Positions 1 through 16,225 of a stretch of DNA of 64,000 nt are shown here, in pieces. The notes below the pieces were generated by a model. It did no database searches, had not been told where the DNA came from, and saw only the letters and a list, made by a program, of their open reading frames with translations. A program made the translations under genes and the position numbers. The stretch is taken from assembly GCF_009914755.1 (NCBI RefSeq), contig NC_060933.1; one strand, given 5' to 3'. The number at the start of each line of letters is the position of its first letter. The stretch's first letter is position 1. The stretch comes from the human T2T-CHM13v2.0 reference genome, Homo sapiens.

Positions 1-180
1 CCTTCTCTGGAATCCTTACAATTTTCCAGGCAGGCAGTGGGTACGTGGCACCATCTGCAACAGCAGAGTGCAGGCAGACACCACACCAGGGCAGGGCAGG
101 GCAGGGCAGCTCGGAGTCTGCTTAAGGCCAGTGGTATGTGCTCTGTAAATCCTGGGGTTATGGTTTAGAAATCGGAACAT

Positions 181-557
<377 letters not shown>

Positions 558-1077
558 TTAGGTACTCTGGGAAAGCATTCTCACTGCTCTCTTTCGTTGA
601 TGGCTGCCCCGGGTCTTTGCAGTGACAGCCTTTAACCCTTTCCTGAAGTTAAGGCCATAAAACCTAACCAGCTCTCTCAGGTCTCCCTTAAAAACACAGA
701 CCCTGTTCAGAATGGTTTTTATGCCATGTTATCAAATATTTACTATTCTATATTTATCTAAAGGCTGTAGGTCAATTAAAAAACGAGTGGATGGCAGGGA
801 TCAGAGTCCAGGCCCAGTTGTGCTTTTGTCCATTAAATGGGAAACTCTCTTTTGTAATACACATCCATACATGAGGAGAGCCTCTGTAAACCACTGTAAA
901 ATATTTTTTAAAAAGAAATCCATCAACTCTGGGATTTAGCCAGTACAACAGCAACAAATGAAACCTTCGCATTTAAATGGGGAGCCGAGGGGGTTAAATA
1001 ACCAACACAGGAAACAGAAGGGGCTTCTATTTCCTCATAATGGGAATAAAACCCAGGCCCACACAGCTATTTCCTTA

Positions 1078-1569
<492 letters not shown>

Positions 1570-2359
1570 CTAGCGTGTACCAAATGACATATATATTGAA
1601 CTGTATGTAAAATTTTTTAAGGGTTTTAAATTGTTCTTACCCATTCTGTAAAGCATTCCCTCAAATCTCATTATAAAACACTTAATGTACTTCCAAATGA
1701 ACATAAAATACCTCCTTCCATGTATCTTGTGTAATTGTATGATTTCTTAGTATAATTTTAAATGATTGTTTTCCCTGCTAAAGATGAAGCCCTTAAGAAC
1801 TAATAATAATTAAACAGAGTAGATATATTTCAACAGCAAAAACAACCTCCAAAAAAACAGCTTTCTAAAAATACCAGTTTATGGTATGGACTTCAACTTT
1901 CTCTTGCTTAAGGAAGAGAAAATAAGAGATTATCTTATATGGCTGTAAACAGAGATTTTAGGTTTCCTACTCAACAATCTTCCTTGCCTACCTTGGTCAG
2001 GAACGCCATTATATAAAACAGCAAAGTGTGCAGCTAAAAAACTACTCTTCCCCGGTCTCCTTTAGCCCAGCCTGCCTATGTTCTGACCAATGAGGTGTAA
2101 GAAGAAGCTGTTGGATGGCATTTTGAGGAAGCTCTGAACTTGAAAGAGGGGAGAGGGATGGGGGATATGGGAACTCTCTGTAACTTTCCACTCTATTTTG
2201 CCAAGAACCTATAACTGCTCTAAAAAAATAAATAGGGAGAGAGCATACTTGCCCTCTTCTCTTCTTCCTTCCCACTGCCTGAGCTAAGAGCAAGATGACT
2301 GGTGCTCCTACGGCCCCTCTGGGCCACAAGTTGATTTCAAAGACAGAAATCAATTGCTG

Positions 2360-2594
2360 GATAGCAAAGACTTGGAACCAACCCAAATGCCCATCAATGA
2401 CAGAATGGATAAAGAAAATGTGGCACATATACACCATGGAATACTATGCAGCCATAAAAAAAAGGATGAGTTCATGTCCCTTGCAGGGACATGGATGAAA
2501 CTGGAAACCATCATTCCCAGCAAACTAACACAGGAACAGAAAACCAAACCCTGCATGTTCTCACTCATAAATGGGAGTTGGACAATGAGAACAA
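2360..2594 (+). mobile_element. L1PA fragment (ORF2 end/3'UTR)
   Basis: IAKTWNQPKCPSMTEWIKKMWHIYTMEYYAAIKK is the L1 ORF2 C-terminus. Confidence 0.9.
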
Positions 2595-2661
2595 TGAGAT
2601 CGCGCCACTGCACTCCAGCCTAGGCGACAAGAGCAAGACTACGTCTTAAAAAAAAAAAAAA
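2595..2661 (+). mobile_element. Alu 3' tip fused to the L1 fragment
   Basis: gagatcgcgccactgcactccagcc...A-tail. Confidence 0.85.
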
Positions 2662-3640
2662 TTATGCACATTCTACTTTGAAGACCACTACTTCCACTTT
2701 CTTAACTTGAAATCACTAAGAGAGCTAGAAGTTCAAACCATAAACAATAAGTGAAGTATGCACTGCTTCCTCCTTCCCATTACCCTCGAGAAAGTCTGGG
2801 CCCTTTCTGGAGCTTGTCATTGGCAGCTTTAAATATAATGTAAACACCATGAGTACTAACACAGAGCTTAAATTTTCATTTTAATACAAACTCAAATTTT
2901 GTAAAGTAACTTAGCAAGCACAAAACTGAAAACCGATTATGCCAGGTCTCTAGCACCCTGCACTTAAAACCCACATACATTTGCTTGAAAATAAAATGCA
3001 TGCTATTATCTTCCCTCCATAAAAGCAAAATATCAGACACATGAAGACTTTTAAACTTCCCCTCCACTCAATCACAGGACATAATCTCAATCTGTTATCT
3101 GCTGGCAAATTGGTTCCAGTAACTAATAGTAAATAGCTTTTTGGCCCAAATCCTTAATGTTACTCTTAATTTGAATGAATAAGCACGTATAATGGGAACC
3201 ATGGAGACTGTCCTGGGGAATAAATACACATATAAAAACAATATAGCTCAAAGCCCTCACATCACCAAACCACTCAATCTCATTTTTTATCCAACAGGAT
3301 TATTTGGTGTCCTTAGCAATATATCGAGTCCACATGATATTTCAACATGCACATTATAGTTAGTTGAACAGGAACCTATGCCACTTATTATGGGATACTT
3401 GGAGTCATAATCAAATAGCATTTTGTTGCCCTTGAAGACTGCCACAGAACTATGGGAGTTTAAGTCTATTCATGTCCTACAAGAATTCTAGGCTTTGAAG
3501 AATGCTCAACGAACAAAGTCCAGTAGCCAAGTTCTATGACTCAGAATCAGGCTCCATACTCTGGGTCCAAAAACAACAAAAAAATTGCCAGGTGATACTG
3601 AAGAAATGACAAGTAAATTTCCATAAAATTAAACAATTGA

Positions 3641-3951
<311 letters not shown>

Positions 3952-4739
3952 AAAACAATTGAGTTGCACATGATTTAAAGGATGGTGTTTAAGATGGAGA
4001 AACTGCTTCTCAAAGATCTCGGTGCCATGAGAGAAATTACACATGTGAGGATTAGTTTTTCTCTGTGTACCACAAATCAAGCTGGGCGCCTCCAGGTAAG
4101 GCCAGGTTTCCATGAGGCACCCTTTCATCAATCTCAGATTTTTCAGAGAAAGGAGATTTTATCTTCCTCCAACTGGAAGCCTGCTTATCATAGAGTTAAA
4201 TGTTCCAGATTAAATAGATGCACCGAGTAACAGACGGGAGATCTGTCTGCTGATCTTTGGAAGACACCCACTTCTCTCCCAGGTGTCCTCTTCTTTAAAC
4301 TGCACAGGAGGCCTGCGATCATCATATGGAGGCAATTTAAAATTGATTCACAATGCAGCGAGCTGCTGTCAGAAGCTGTGAACACTCATCCGTCCCACGG
4401 GAAGCCCATATGGATGTTAATACATCAGTCACAGGGGGCCTCGCAGGAAGCTGGTGCTGCCTGCTGTGCTGGAGAGCCAAATCAAATGAACACGCCAGAG
4501 CAACACAAAGGGTGGATGGGCCTTTAGGAGGGATCAACTGGAAGGAAAAAACCAGGGGAGGAAATTATTCACCTACAATAATAACAGAGCTTTTTCAATA
4601 AAAGGCCACACTGAGGGCTCATCATGACCATGGTGAAGGGATCCCAGAAGGAAACTTAACTTTCTCTACTGGTTGAGGAACTAGGAAAAGTAAAACCAAT
4701 CAGAAAGAGGAATGTATAAACAGATAGTGAGCATTCATG

Positions 4740-5035
4740 AATATCGCTCACACCTGAATTCAGAATGAAGCCAGATACAAAATAATGGACATGGAAATGA
4801 CCGCATTTCTAGAATTTCGAACACAGGCAAAATTCATCTGCAGTATTGAAAGTCAAGGTGGTGGTTAACCTTGGTGACTGCAAGGGGCATGGGAGGGGTT
4901 TCTGGGCAATGATCCTGCTCTGTTCCTTGATCCAAGGGCTGGTTACACAGGTGGCTGCCTTTGGTGAAAAGTCACTGAGCTAGACATGTATGATTCATGC
5001 ACTTTTCCATATGTGTATGGTATTCCAATATTTAA
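4740..5035 (+). mobile_element. Old L1M (MC/ME-type) 3' fragment
   Basis: Degenerate 'ggggtttctgggcaatgatc...ctggttacacagg...gtcactgagctagaca' pattern. Confidence 0.5.
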
Positions 5036-8000
5036 AGTTTAGATTCATTTACTTATTCAAGAGGAAGTCGAGGGGAAGGCTCGTAACCAGTTAACACATT
5101 AGATTAGGTCCACAGGCAAATCAAGTGCCCAAACTTTGCTGTTAAATGAACCTCTCTCTGGTTCTCTGGCTACGTCAACTGCGGTCTTGCCAATCAGCCA
5201 GCCTGCAGTCTAGAATGTGTCTGTTTCGTGATCCATAAGATAGGAATAATAATAAAACACAGAGGTCGCAGGGGTTGCTGTAAGGATTAAAGTGGTAACA
5301 GCTGCAAAACACTTAACACAGCACTTGACACCTGCAGTGAGTCTTCAGGAAATGACAGTATTGTTATCGCACCACCACGACTTAAAAAAAAGCCAAGTGA
5401 AGATACGTTGAATTGAGGGCTTTATCTCAACCAGTGGACAAGTATGTGGGTCAGGGAATGCGGAAAGGGAGGAAGACGCAGGGTGGGGATCAGGAAAGCA
5501 CAAGGGCAGTGATGAGGCAACAAAAAACACAAAATTCTTAAGTCATCAAAGGTGAGAGTGGGGGAAATGGCAGTTGGCAAAGACTAGAACAAACGCCCAA
5601 AGAGTAGAGTTGGACGTTTGGATAGAATCGTGGCAAACTGCAGGGCAGACAGTCAGTCCTGGATCCCTCCTTAGGGGCCATACAGCGAAGCCCACCTGCA
5701 TCTCAGAAAGCCTCAGAACTGAGCCCCAGCCCCCACCTAGCTTTCTGAATCAAGCTCCTACAGATCAGGATCGCTTCTGCTTCTGAAGTCTGGTGTCAGA
5801 ATCGAAAAGAATAAAGCCCACTCGACTTCACAGATGTAAAACATGAATGAAATAAAAACCCATTAAGAGCAAGGGGCTTTTCATTTACTGGGCACACAGC
5901 AGAGGTGAAGGAACTAAAAGCAAAGAGTCCCCACCGGGCTCCTTCGCAGCTGTGGTGAACTGGAAAACAAGACTGTGTTCCAAGGGGGCAGGTTGTTTTT
6001 TCCTAGCAGACCAGGCTCCTGTTAATAAAACTATGCTGTGTTCTGTGGTCAAAGGAAAACAGGTGTTTACAGGGTTGTTGGTTTCCTGGAAATAGGAACT
6101 GCAGTGGCAGAATCAAGTAAACAATAATGAAGAGCCACAGACCCCAGAGAGGACGGCTGTGGTCAAGCCCCGCTGCCTACGGACTTGGCACTCTGGATGT
6201 GAAATTGTTAGCTATATTAACAAGGATCAAAAATCTGATCGTGTCAAAAACCTTCATTCGCTCTTCAAGCTCTTTAGGGCTCATGAAGCCCTTTACAATT
6301 TAGTGCCAACAAGTCTTACTTCATGTGACCTTAAACTCCCAGCCACATAGGACAACAGGCCAGTCCCCTAAAATATCACATGCTGTCACATCTCCAAGTT
6401 GCGCACAAACTGTTCCCTCCCGCTAGAACAGCACCGCTTCCCTCCCAAGTACACGCCGCTTCCTCCCTCCCTCTGCCTGCCACGAACTCCCCAGCCTTGA
6501 TGATTCTTTCCCAGGGTCCTAACCTTTCCTATTAACCTCTCTAATAGTACTTCTCATATGGTGAACATTTAAGTCTTTCCGATTCCAGAGTTCTTCAGGG
6601 GCAGGCAGAAGGTTTCACCAGCCAGCACTCCATCAAAGGATCAGAACACCACAAGCTGTCTACTGTTACCTAATCACTTATATATTGAGGAAAAGTTGCC
6701 CTGGTAAGGAAAATCTGCTAAAATAAGGTGGGCATTCCTCTCTAAGCCCCTGGGTTATGCCAGCCAACTTTTCCCAGGCAACGTCTAGCAATTATACCAA
6801 ATGTCACTAAGAGATGGTAGCAGTTTCCTAAGGGGGAAAGGCAGTCTCTAGACAGCTGACTTAGACCACAGAAAAGATAATGAAAGCAATGACAATAATG
6901 AAGTGAAATCCATAGCTTTCCCCTAAGCCAGCTAAATCCAGTGGATGCTGGGCCCTTCCCAAGTAAGCTGTGGCAGAAGCAAGCAGAGGTCACATGGAAC
7001 AAGCTCCATCCTGCATCTGGGCCCTGGAAAGCAGGACCCACACAGTCAAGTGCAAGAAGTCAGAAGGCACAAGCAATTGCTTCAGTTTAATGACCAGTAA
7101 CATGTGGGCACCAAGCCTAACTAACTTGAGCCTCATTTCCCCATTTTTACAATGTGCCCTGACAAAACTTAGCCTATGAACAGGACTGCTGAGGTGTGAA
7201 GTAATGAAGCCACATGGGAAAGTACTTCAAGAAAACTATGAAGCGCAATATAGTCAACCTTTGTTTGCCACATCACAGGAGGGGGCTCACTATCCCTTAC
7301 TGTTTAGAGATGAGGGAAGGTGGCACAGGATAGGCTAAGTAACTCGCCCATAACCACGGCTAGTAAGCGGTAGACCAACTCCAGCTCAGCCCAGCTGCAA
7401 AAGTGGAGCTGTTAATCTTTACCTTAGCTTCCACATCAGCACTACCTGTGACGTTATCCCCTCAAGAGGGATAACGTGGGACCCACCAGGACAAAGACAC
7501 CTACCCCACACATCGTGAGCAACATAAGGCATGTCGACATCGTGAGTGTGACTGTGGGGGCTGGGGGAACCGGGCTCCTTATGGAATGGATGAGAATAAT
7601 GTAATTTATGATTCCAGAGGATACTCTTAGCCTGAAAACTAATAAAGGCGGTGGCTGGGAGGAATAGTGACATGGGGCTCATAAGAAAATCAGTCTTATT
7701 ATTCTAAGACTTTAGAAGAAAGTATAATTTACCTGCTATGGGTAAAACCTTCCTCTGTCAATTTTTTTTAAGGGTCTGCACATCTAACCCATGACATCTA
7801 CAAAATTTTTCCAGTTTGGCCATTTGCGTATTCTTCCAAATAGAAAATATGCAGAACAGGGTATAATTCCCACCTTATTTGGAAGACAGCATTTCTGTGT
7901 TAACGGAGGGCTTTATTAACAACTAACTTGAAAGTAGCAAACTTCAAAGCATTAGGTTGGGAGACTCTTTGTTTCCTTATTTAGAGGCATACACTCTATT

Positions 8001-8763
8001 GTCATTTATTTTTTTTAAAGGCAAATACAAAACTTCTTAAAATGGATATGTAAAAGAAGATTACAAGCAAAGAAAACAAGAAACAGATGACCTAAGTTGA
8101 TAAATGAGGAAGTATTCCAGCCAAAGTCAACATTTAAGATTCTGAGTTCTAGGACCTAACTTCCTCTATCAATTACACGTTTCCAAACTTCTCAATGTGC
8201 TGGGGCAGGAACAAGGCTCCTTAACAGGACAAAGATACAAATGGAGAAATTCTTGGATGGAAAGTAAAACAAAAAGAGGCTTAATATATTGCTATTTCAA
8301 AGCTAAACTAAAAAATTCCAGCAAAGGAACTATCACTACAGACAAAAACGAGCATTATCCAAGCAAGAAATATACACACTACATTTATATCCCATAAACC
8401 AAAAGTCATTTCTGACAAGGTGAAGAGGGAGAGAGAGAAGTAAAGTGAGGAATTATTATAGCTAAACACAACTGACATCAAAAGGAAGGTCCTCCCAGCT
8501 ACTCAGGAGGCTGAGGCAGGAGGATCCCCTGAGCTCAGGAGTTTGAGGTCACCCTGGAGATCCCCATCTCATTTTTCTTTTTAAAAAGGAACGGCCTCAC
8601 CTCAACTTAATTTCAAAAAATTAAGCTACATATTCCTATATCAGAAGGTAGAAAAACAGAAATTAAACTAATACCCACATGGCAATAATAAGGAACAAAA
8701 TGGGCATGTTATTTTTAGCATTTAATAGACCAAAAAAAAAAAAAAAACCTACCCAAATATCAC

Positions 8764-9214
8764 TGTGATGGTCAATTTTATATGTCAACTTGATTAAATC
8801 AACTAAGGGACACCAGAGTGGCTGATAAAACTATTTCTAGGTGTGCCTCTGAGGCTGTTTCTAGAAGAGATTAGCATTTGAATAGGTAACCTGAGTAAAG
8901 AAGGTCCCCCACCAGTGCAGGTGGGTATCACTGAAGGCCTGGACAGGACAGAAAGTTAGAGGAGGAGCAAGTGTGCCCTTCACTTGAGCTGGAACATCTA
9001 CCTGCTGCTCTCGATTATCAGTGCTACTGGTTCTCAGGCCTCAGCTTGGAGTAGAACTGCGCCAGCTTTCCCGGGCCTCCAGCTTGCAGACAATAAATCA
9101 TGGGATTTCTCAGTCTACGCAGTCGTGTGAGCCAATCCCTCCAAATAACTCCTTCTCCATATCCATATCTATAGTTTATTGGTTCTGTTTCTCTGGAGAA
9201 CCCAGAGTCATACA
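8764..9214. mobile_element. MLT2-type (ERVL) solo LTR
   Basis: TGTGATGGTCAATTTTATATGTCAACTTG start and 'ggttctgtttctctggagaaccc...taca' end, typical of MLT2. Confidence 0.8.
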
Positions 9215-10414
9215 ACCCCATCAAATAAAAAGAGGGCTGAATCAATTTTCAAGTCCACTAAATAAGCGAGCTGTGGCATCTAGACAAAAACAGAGAAACC
9301 AGAAGATCAGAAACAGAAAAAGTGGGGTGAAAGGGGGAAGCCCCCGGCCACTGAAACTTTTTCTTGGCTAAAAGCCTGGAAAGGGTCTCTAATCACTGCT
9401 GCAAGTGTTTTCCTATGAGGCAATTTTACCCCAAACGTAGTTAAGATTTTTCTTTTCCCTTTAGGCTCTAAACCAAAAAGGTACTTTAAAGATTTATTTA
9501 AACACTAAACAAGTGGGTAGAAGATTTCTAAATTACATGTCTGGCATTAAAACATAGGGTGAAAGGACCTGTAACTACCCTAGACTCTTAAGCCAAACTA
9601 TTATTAGCCTGAGTTATTACTGACCTCTAGGTGCTAATATATAAGGCAGGTAGAGCACAGCCCCCAGGTATTTATAGGGAGAACAGCAGTGCTACAGTGC
9701 CAGAAAAAAAAAAAAAAAGTCTAACTAAACTTTGGAATTTCTCTTACCAATGATCTCCACAGAGCTCAGGGGAATAAATGTCCTAAAACTAAAAATGAAT
9801 TCAAGTTATGCTGAACTAAACAATACCAATTAAATCCAGCCTTGAGGGTATGAAAACAAGCTCAGGGTTACCTCTTATAAACCAACACTACTTAATAATT
9901 CGAAAATGCGAACAAGGGATCTCCTTTAGAAAAGAATGAATCACAGGATCTTACACAATCCTGGACCTGTCTCCCACCTATTCAAGGCAACGAACATTTG
10001 TTTCCTGGGTATCTATGCTCAAGGGACAAGACTTCGGGAACTTCCATCCTCCTGGGGAGGAAGCAGATAGAAACACGGCTTGTACACGATTATAATCCAA
10101 GCTCTCAAAAGTGTGAGAAGTGTCATAAGATGTTTCACGGTGCAACTGGAGGGAGACCATAGATGGGAAGGCATCCATGAAGGCTTCATGAAGGAGGTAG
10201 CAACTCAAGTGGGCTTTGAAGGACAGAAAATACTTCAACAGAAAGAGACCAGTGAGAAGGGAAGCTGCTCCAGGGAGCAGGGGCTGGAGTCATCAGGGAA
10301 CAGAGGCTCATCCCATTGTGTTAGCACAGGATGTAAAGCACACAGGACATGGCACCGGAAAAGCAGGCTGGGGGGATATTACCAGCGGGGCCTTGAAGGG
10401 CACGTCGGTTTATA

Positions 10415-10768
10415 CAGGTCGAACATCCCTTATCCAAAATGCTTCAGGACCAGAAGTGTTTCTGATGTCGGATTTTTTTCAGACTTCAGAATATTTACAT
10501 ATACATAAATGAGTCATCTTGGGGATGGGACCCAGTCTAAACACAAAATTCATTTCTGTTTCATACAGACCTTATGCACTTAGCCTGAAGGTGATTTTAG
10601 TTTTCCCTTGGGGATACCAAATAAACTGTGTGTTGTGTGTTTTGACCGCACCTTGTCACATGAGGTCAGGTGTGGAATTTTCCATGTGTGGCTCATGTCG
10701 GTACTCAAAAAGTTTCAGATTTTGAAGCATTTTGGATTTTGAATTTTCGAATTAAGATGCTCAATCTG
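10415..10768. mobile_element. Tigger4/MER46-type DNA transposon deletion derivative
   Basis: TIRs caggtcgaacatcc...gatgctcaatctg flanked by TA on both sides. Confidence 0.8.
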
Positions 10769-11430
10769 TATTCAACTTTTGAAGATCTCTGTGCAACACA
10801 TGGACCTGATAAGTGCTTTACAATAAAGAATACACTGACAGCAATCTGATGAGGAAGGAAGACAACACTCAGCTAGGACCTTACTGACAAAACTGGGCAT
10901 GAGAAAGGTGAGAATTTTAACAAAGAATAAGACTGTTAAAAAAAAAACGAGTTAAATGGGGAAGAATCTAACACTAAAGTTTGGGCTCAGATGTCAGAGG
11001 GAATGGGAATGATGCTTTAACAAAGAGAAGAAGTTTGGGGAGGCTGGAATGGGTATGAGAGAGGAGGGAAGGTGACCAGGGTGGTTGGGAAACCCATCTT
11101 GTCATCTTAACACCGGAAACAGGAGTGTGGAATGGTAGCACTACAAGTCATCTTACTCTGTTCCACTCTGATTGACAACAGCGTGAAGTCACCGGGCCTT
11201 TGCACATGCTGCTCTCTCCACCTAGAGGTTCAGCCCCTTCCCCTATTGGGTTAGTGCAGCTCTGAAAACCCTTCTGCAGGGAATCCCTGCTTGACTATTC
11301 TCAATGGGATCAGTCCCCCATGCTGTGTCATAGGCTTTCTAGGACACTGTTCCTCTGTAATAGCTCCGTGGTAGCCTCAGGGTCTACAATTCTGCCTTGG
11401 ATTTTGTGATTATTTAACTCATGTTCCCCT

Positions 11431-12318
<888 letters not shown>

Positions 12319-13660
12319 CCCCATCCTAGGCTGTGAGCTCCCGGTGGGGTCCCCTATGCCTATGCAGGAGGTCTCAATAAAATCTGTGAAAGTGTGGATG
12401 GAAAGGAAGTGACAGGATCTGGATCTTAGTGAGCAGGTGATGTGGGAACCCTAAACCATGGCCCACAAGAGAGGGCTGAAGCGACAGACAAATTCTAGCC
12501 AGAAGAGAAGCCTCAGGGTGGTGTGGAGGTCTCCAAACACTGAAGAGCTGCCATGAGGATGATAGATTAGCAGTGTGCTGTGTGGTCTCAGCGGGTAGGA
12601 AAGAGCCAGGATTGATGAGTCAAAGTTCCAGGGAGACAGATTCAGCTCAAGGGCTAGAAGAGTTTTCACACAGTCATGGAAAATGCATTGTTCTGGGCAG
12701 CAGTGGGTCCCCCATCCTTGGACACGCACGGTCAGAGGCACACAGTCACTGCACGAGGCTATCTTAGCAGACTTGAACCATGGATGAGCATTTATACTAA
12801 AGGGACATTAAGGTCCCTCCTGCCCCAACTGAACTCTTCTGGCTGTAACACTCAGGAGGCACTCATCCACCTGCACATGGATCCCTCAAGCTCTCTCTCT
12901 GTGCACGACACAGACTGTGCCTCCCCGGTTCCATGGGAAACTCATTCCTTCCTGCATGCGCTTCAGCTTCACCCCACGAAGTCTTTCTGACCCTAATTTT
13001 GGTCACTTCTTTACATGTCTCCCTATCACCCACTGCTCTGCCTCAAGAGCACATATCACAAGTCAAACCAGGATATTTACTTTTCTTTTAATGACATCAT
13101 CAAGCCCCCAAGGGCAGAGAAGGCTGAGAGCACCCTCTTTCCTGGAGCATGCCTGGCATCGCACACAAAGCCTGACAGTTCACACTCAGTCTATGAATGG
13201 CAACTGTGCCTTCCGTCTGCCTCACCCAAGCATTCTTTCCGTGGGTATTTTTCAGAGAATTATTTGTATAACTTTTAACGCCTTGTTCACTCTATCCTGG
13301 ACACATGAGTTTGTCCTCATTTCTCTTAAGTGCCTCAGACCAGCCCTACTCAACGTGTGGTCAGCAAACACTGGCTACTGTTTGCAGTGAGATGAGTGCA
13401 GTCATCGAGAGTGAGCGACAGCAACCTGAGGACTTAGGGCTGTTGACTCTTGTAACAACAAAAAATGGACTTGGATTTGGTATCTTTTCCCTCCTATTCA
13501 TTTGTATTGTATGTTACAAATGTACCTATCTTTGACTTACGGGGCGGGGCGGGGAACTGGTCTGTCACCATAAATAGTTTGAGCAGCACTGCCTCAGGCA
13601 ATATTACTTTACTAAATAGTAAGAACAACAAGTCCTCTCATACTAATTAATAGATATGGG

Positions 13661-14889
13661 CAGTCATACGTAGAAAGCTGAAACTGAATCCCTTCCTTAC
13701 ACCTTATATAAAAATTAATTCAAGATGGATTAAAGATTTAAATATTAGACCTAAAACCATAAAAACCCTAGAAGAAAACCTAGGCAATACCATTCAGGAC
13801 ATAGGCATGGGCAAAGACTTCATGACTAAAACACCAAAAGCAATGGCAACAAAAGCCAAAATAGACAAATGGGATCTAATTAAACTGAAGAGTTTCTGCA
13901 CGGCAAAAAAAAAAAAACTACCATTAGAGTGAACAGGCAACCTACAGAATGGGAGAAAATTTTTGCAATCTACCCATCTGACAAAGGGCTAATATCCAGA
14001 ATCTACAAAGAACTTAAACAAATTTACAAGAAAAAAACAACCCCATCAAAAAGTGGGCAAAGGATATGAACAGACACTTCTCAAAAGAAGACATTTATGC
14101 AGCCAACAGACACATGAAAAAATGCTCATCATCACTGGCCATCAGAGAAATGCAAATCAAAACCACAATGAGATACCATCTCATGCCAGTTAGAATGGCG
14201 ATCATTAAAAAGTCAGGAGACAACAGATGCTGGAGAGGATGTGGAGAAATAAGAACACTTTTACAGTGTTGATGGGACTGTAAACTAGTTCAACCATTGT
14301 GGAAGACAGCATGGCAATTCCTCAAGGATCTAGAACTAGAAATACCATTTGACCCAGCCATCCCATTACTGGGTGTATACCCAAAGGATTATAAATCATG
14401 CTGCTATAAAGACACATGCACACATATGTTTATTGTAGCACTATTCAAAACAGCAAAGACTTGGAACCAACCCAAATGTCCATCAATGATAGACTGGATT
14501 AAGAAAATGTGGCACATATACACCATGGAATACTATGCAGCCATAAAAAAGGATGAGTTCATGTCCTTTGCAGGGACATGGATGAAGCTGGAAACCATCA
14601 TTCTCAGCAAACTATCACAAGCACAAGGACAGAAAACCAAACACTGCATGTTTTCACTCATAGGTGGGAGCTGAACAATGAGAACACTTGGACACAGGTG
14701 GGGAACATCACACACTGGGGCCTGTCAGCAGGTGGGGGACTGGGGGAGGGATAGCATTAGGAGAAATACCTAATGTAAATAACGAGTTGATGGGTGCAGA
14801 AAACCAACATGGCACATGTATACCTATGTAACAAACCTGAACATTGTACACATGTACCCTAGAACTTAAAGTATAATTAAAAAAAAAAA
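13661..14889 (+). mobile_element. 5'-truncated L1PA (ORF2 C-terminus, 3'UTR, polyA), antisense to TLE1
   Basis: ORFs 14066..14272 and 14297..14674 are frameshifted L1 ORF2; the G-rich 3'UTR and A-tail follow. Confidence 0.95.
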
Positions 14890-15043
14890 CATATATATAT
14901 ATAGAGAGAGAGAGGCAGTAAGATTGTATATAACCCAGATCCTGGCAACAATGGCAAAGTTCATTTTTCCTTCTGATATTAAGTCTATCTTCCTCACATA
15001 ATATGGCTCAAACATGAAAGAGAATCCTAAAAAATATATTTTA

Positions 15044-15177
15044 GGCCAGGCATGGTGGCTCATGCCTGTAGTCCCAGCACTTTGGGAGGCCATGGCAAGA
15101 GGATCACTTGAGCCCAGGAGTTCGAAACCAGCCTAGGCAACCCAGGGAGACCCAGTGTCTCTAAAAAAAAAAAAAAA
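15044..15177 (+). mobile_element. FLAM/Alu left monomer
   Basis: Single monomer with A-tail. Confidence 0.8.
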
Positions 15178-16225
15178 TGGAGAGAGAGAGAGATTTTAAT
15201 TATTTTAGAGCAAGCAATGATTGCCAAAGGCCAATGGCGATTTTGACCAAGATGAGAAAAGTACCCCGACATAGTATCACAACATTGGCCACTGTGTCCA
15301 CTGTCCTTGTCCTTAGGCACATTGTGATTCTAGTTTGCATGGCTCTGAACACAAAGAAATGCAAGGTGCTCACAAGCCAAGGACATGAATACTTTAATAA
15401 GCATGATATTACTTCTGTCTTACAACTGACCCTGTTAATACACACACACACACATATAAGGAATAGGGTCCAATTTAACTGTGCCCACCCACCAGCCTTC
15501 CACCCTAGCATCACAGCTCACAGCTCTGCTCACCCGCCTTCCCCCACTGCATCTTCTATTACACCCAAGTGGGGGCTTAGCAGCTGAACACACGCCCCGT
15601 ACCTCTAACTCTTGAAGCTAGCTTTTTCCCTAAGGATCAGCTGAACTTGGCCTTATTTGCCTGTTATTCCACCAAAGGTTCATTGGTTACTGGTATTACT
15701 GCTTCTCATCACAACTTTACTGGTTTGCCCTTTATCCACTCACCAATCAGTAGAACACAACAGCTACAACACTGCTGGCAACCACAGATAGGAAATGCTC
15801 GCAAGTGCCCCAAGGACCTCCCAGGCTGGAAGCAGGGGGGCATTCCCAAATTCCCAAGAAAACACACCAGGTAGTAACTAGTTCATGGGTACTCAACTGG
15901 AAGAGAACTACCAGCTAAGTGAACATTAAGCAATACTACCCCTGACTCCCTTCATTGGGCACAGAGGTCATCATAAATTCCTAACATTGCTACTGATTCC
16001 TAGTGTAGACAAAAACCTCATTTCATAATGAATCAAATTATTGTGAAACAGATATTATAATATATGAAAAGTAGAGCAATGGGAATCGGCTTTCCTAAAA
16101 AGCAGGTGACAGGGTAAGAAATTCAATTTTATCTCATGCTGGTGGTTTATTTGAAACAAGGCTCTTATCAAAACCACACAAGGATGACCGGGCAGCTGAG
16201 TGGACTGCTCAAAATAATTCACCAT

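Noticed and set aside
13541-13554. GGGGCGGGGCGGGG GC-box/G4-like run
   Set aside because: Isolated, only three G-runs, and no CpG island or promoter context.
14066-14674. L1 ORF2-like ORFs
   Set aside because: Truncated, frameshifted L1 remnant, not a functional gene.
15190-15400. Overlapping 136-aa and 104-aa ORFs in mRNA-like sequence (possible pseudogene fragment)
   Set aside because: No protein family recognised and no polyA/TSD; would need BLAST.
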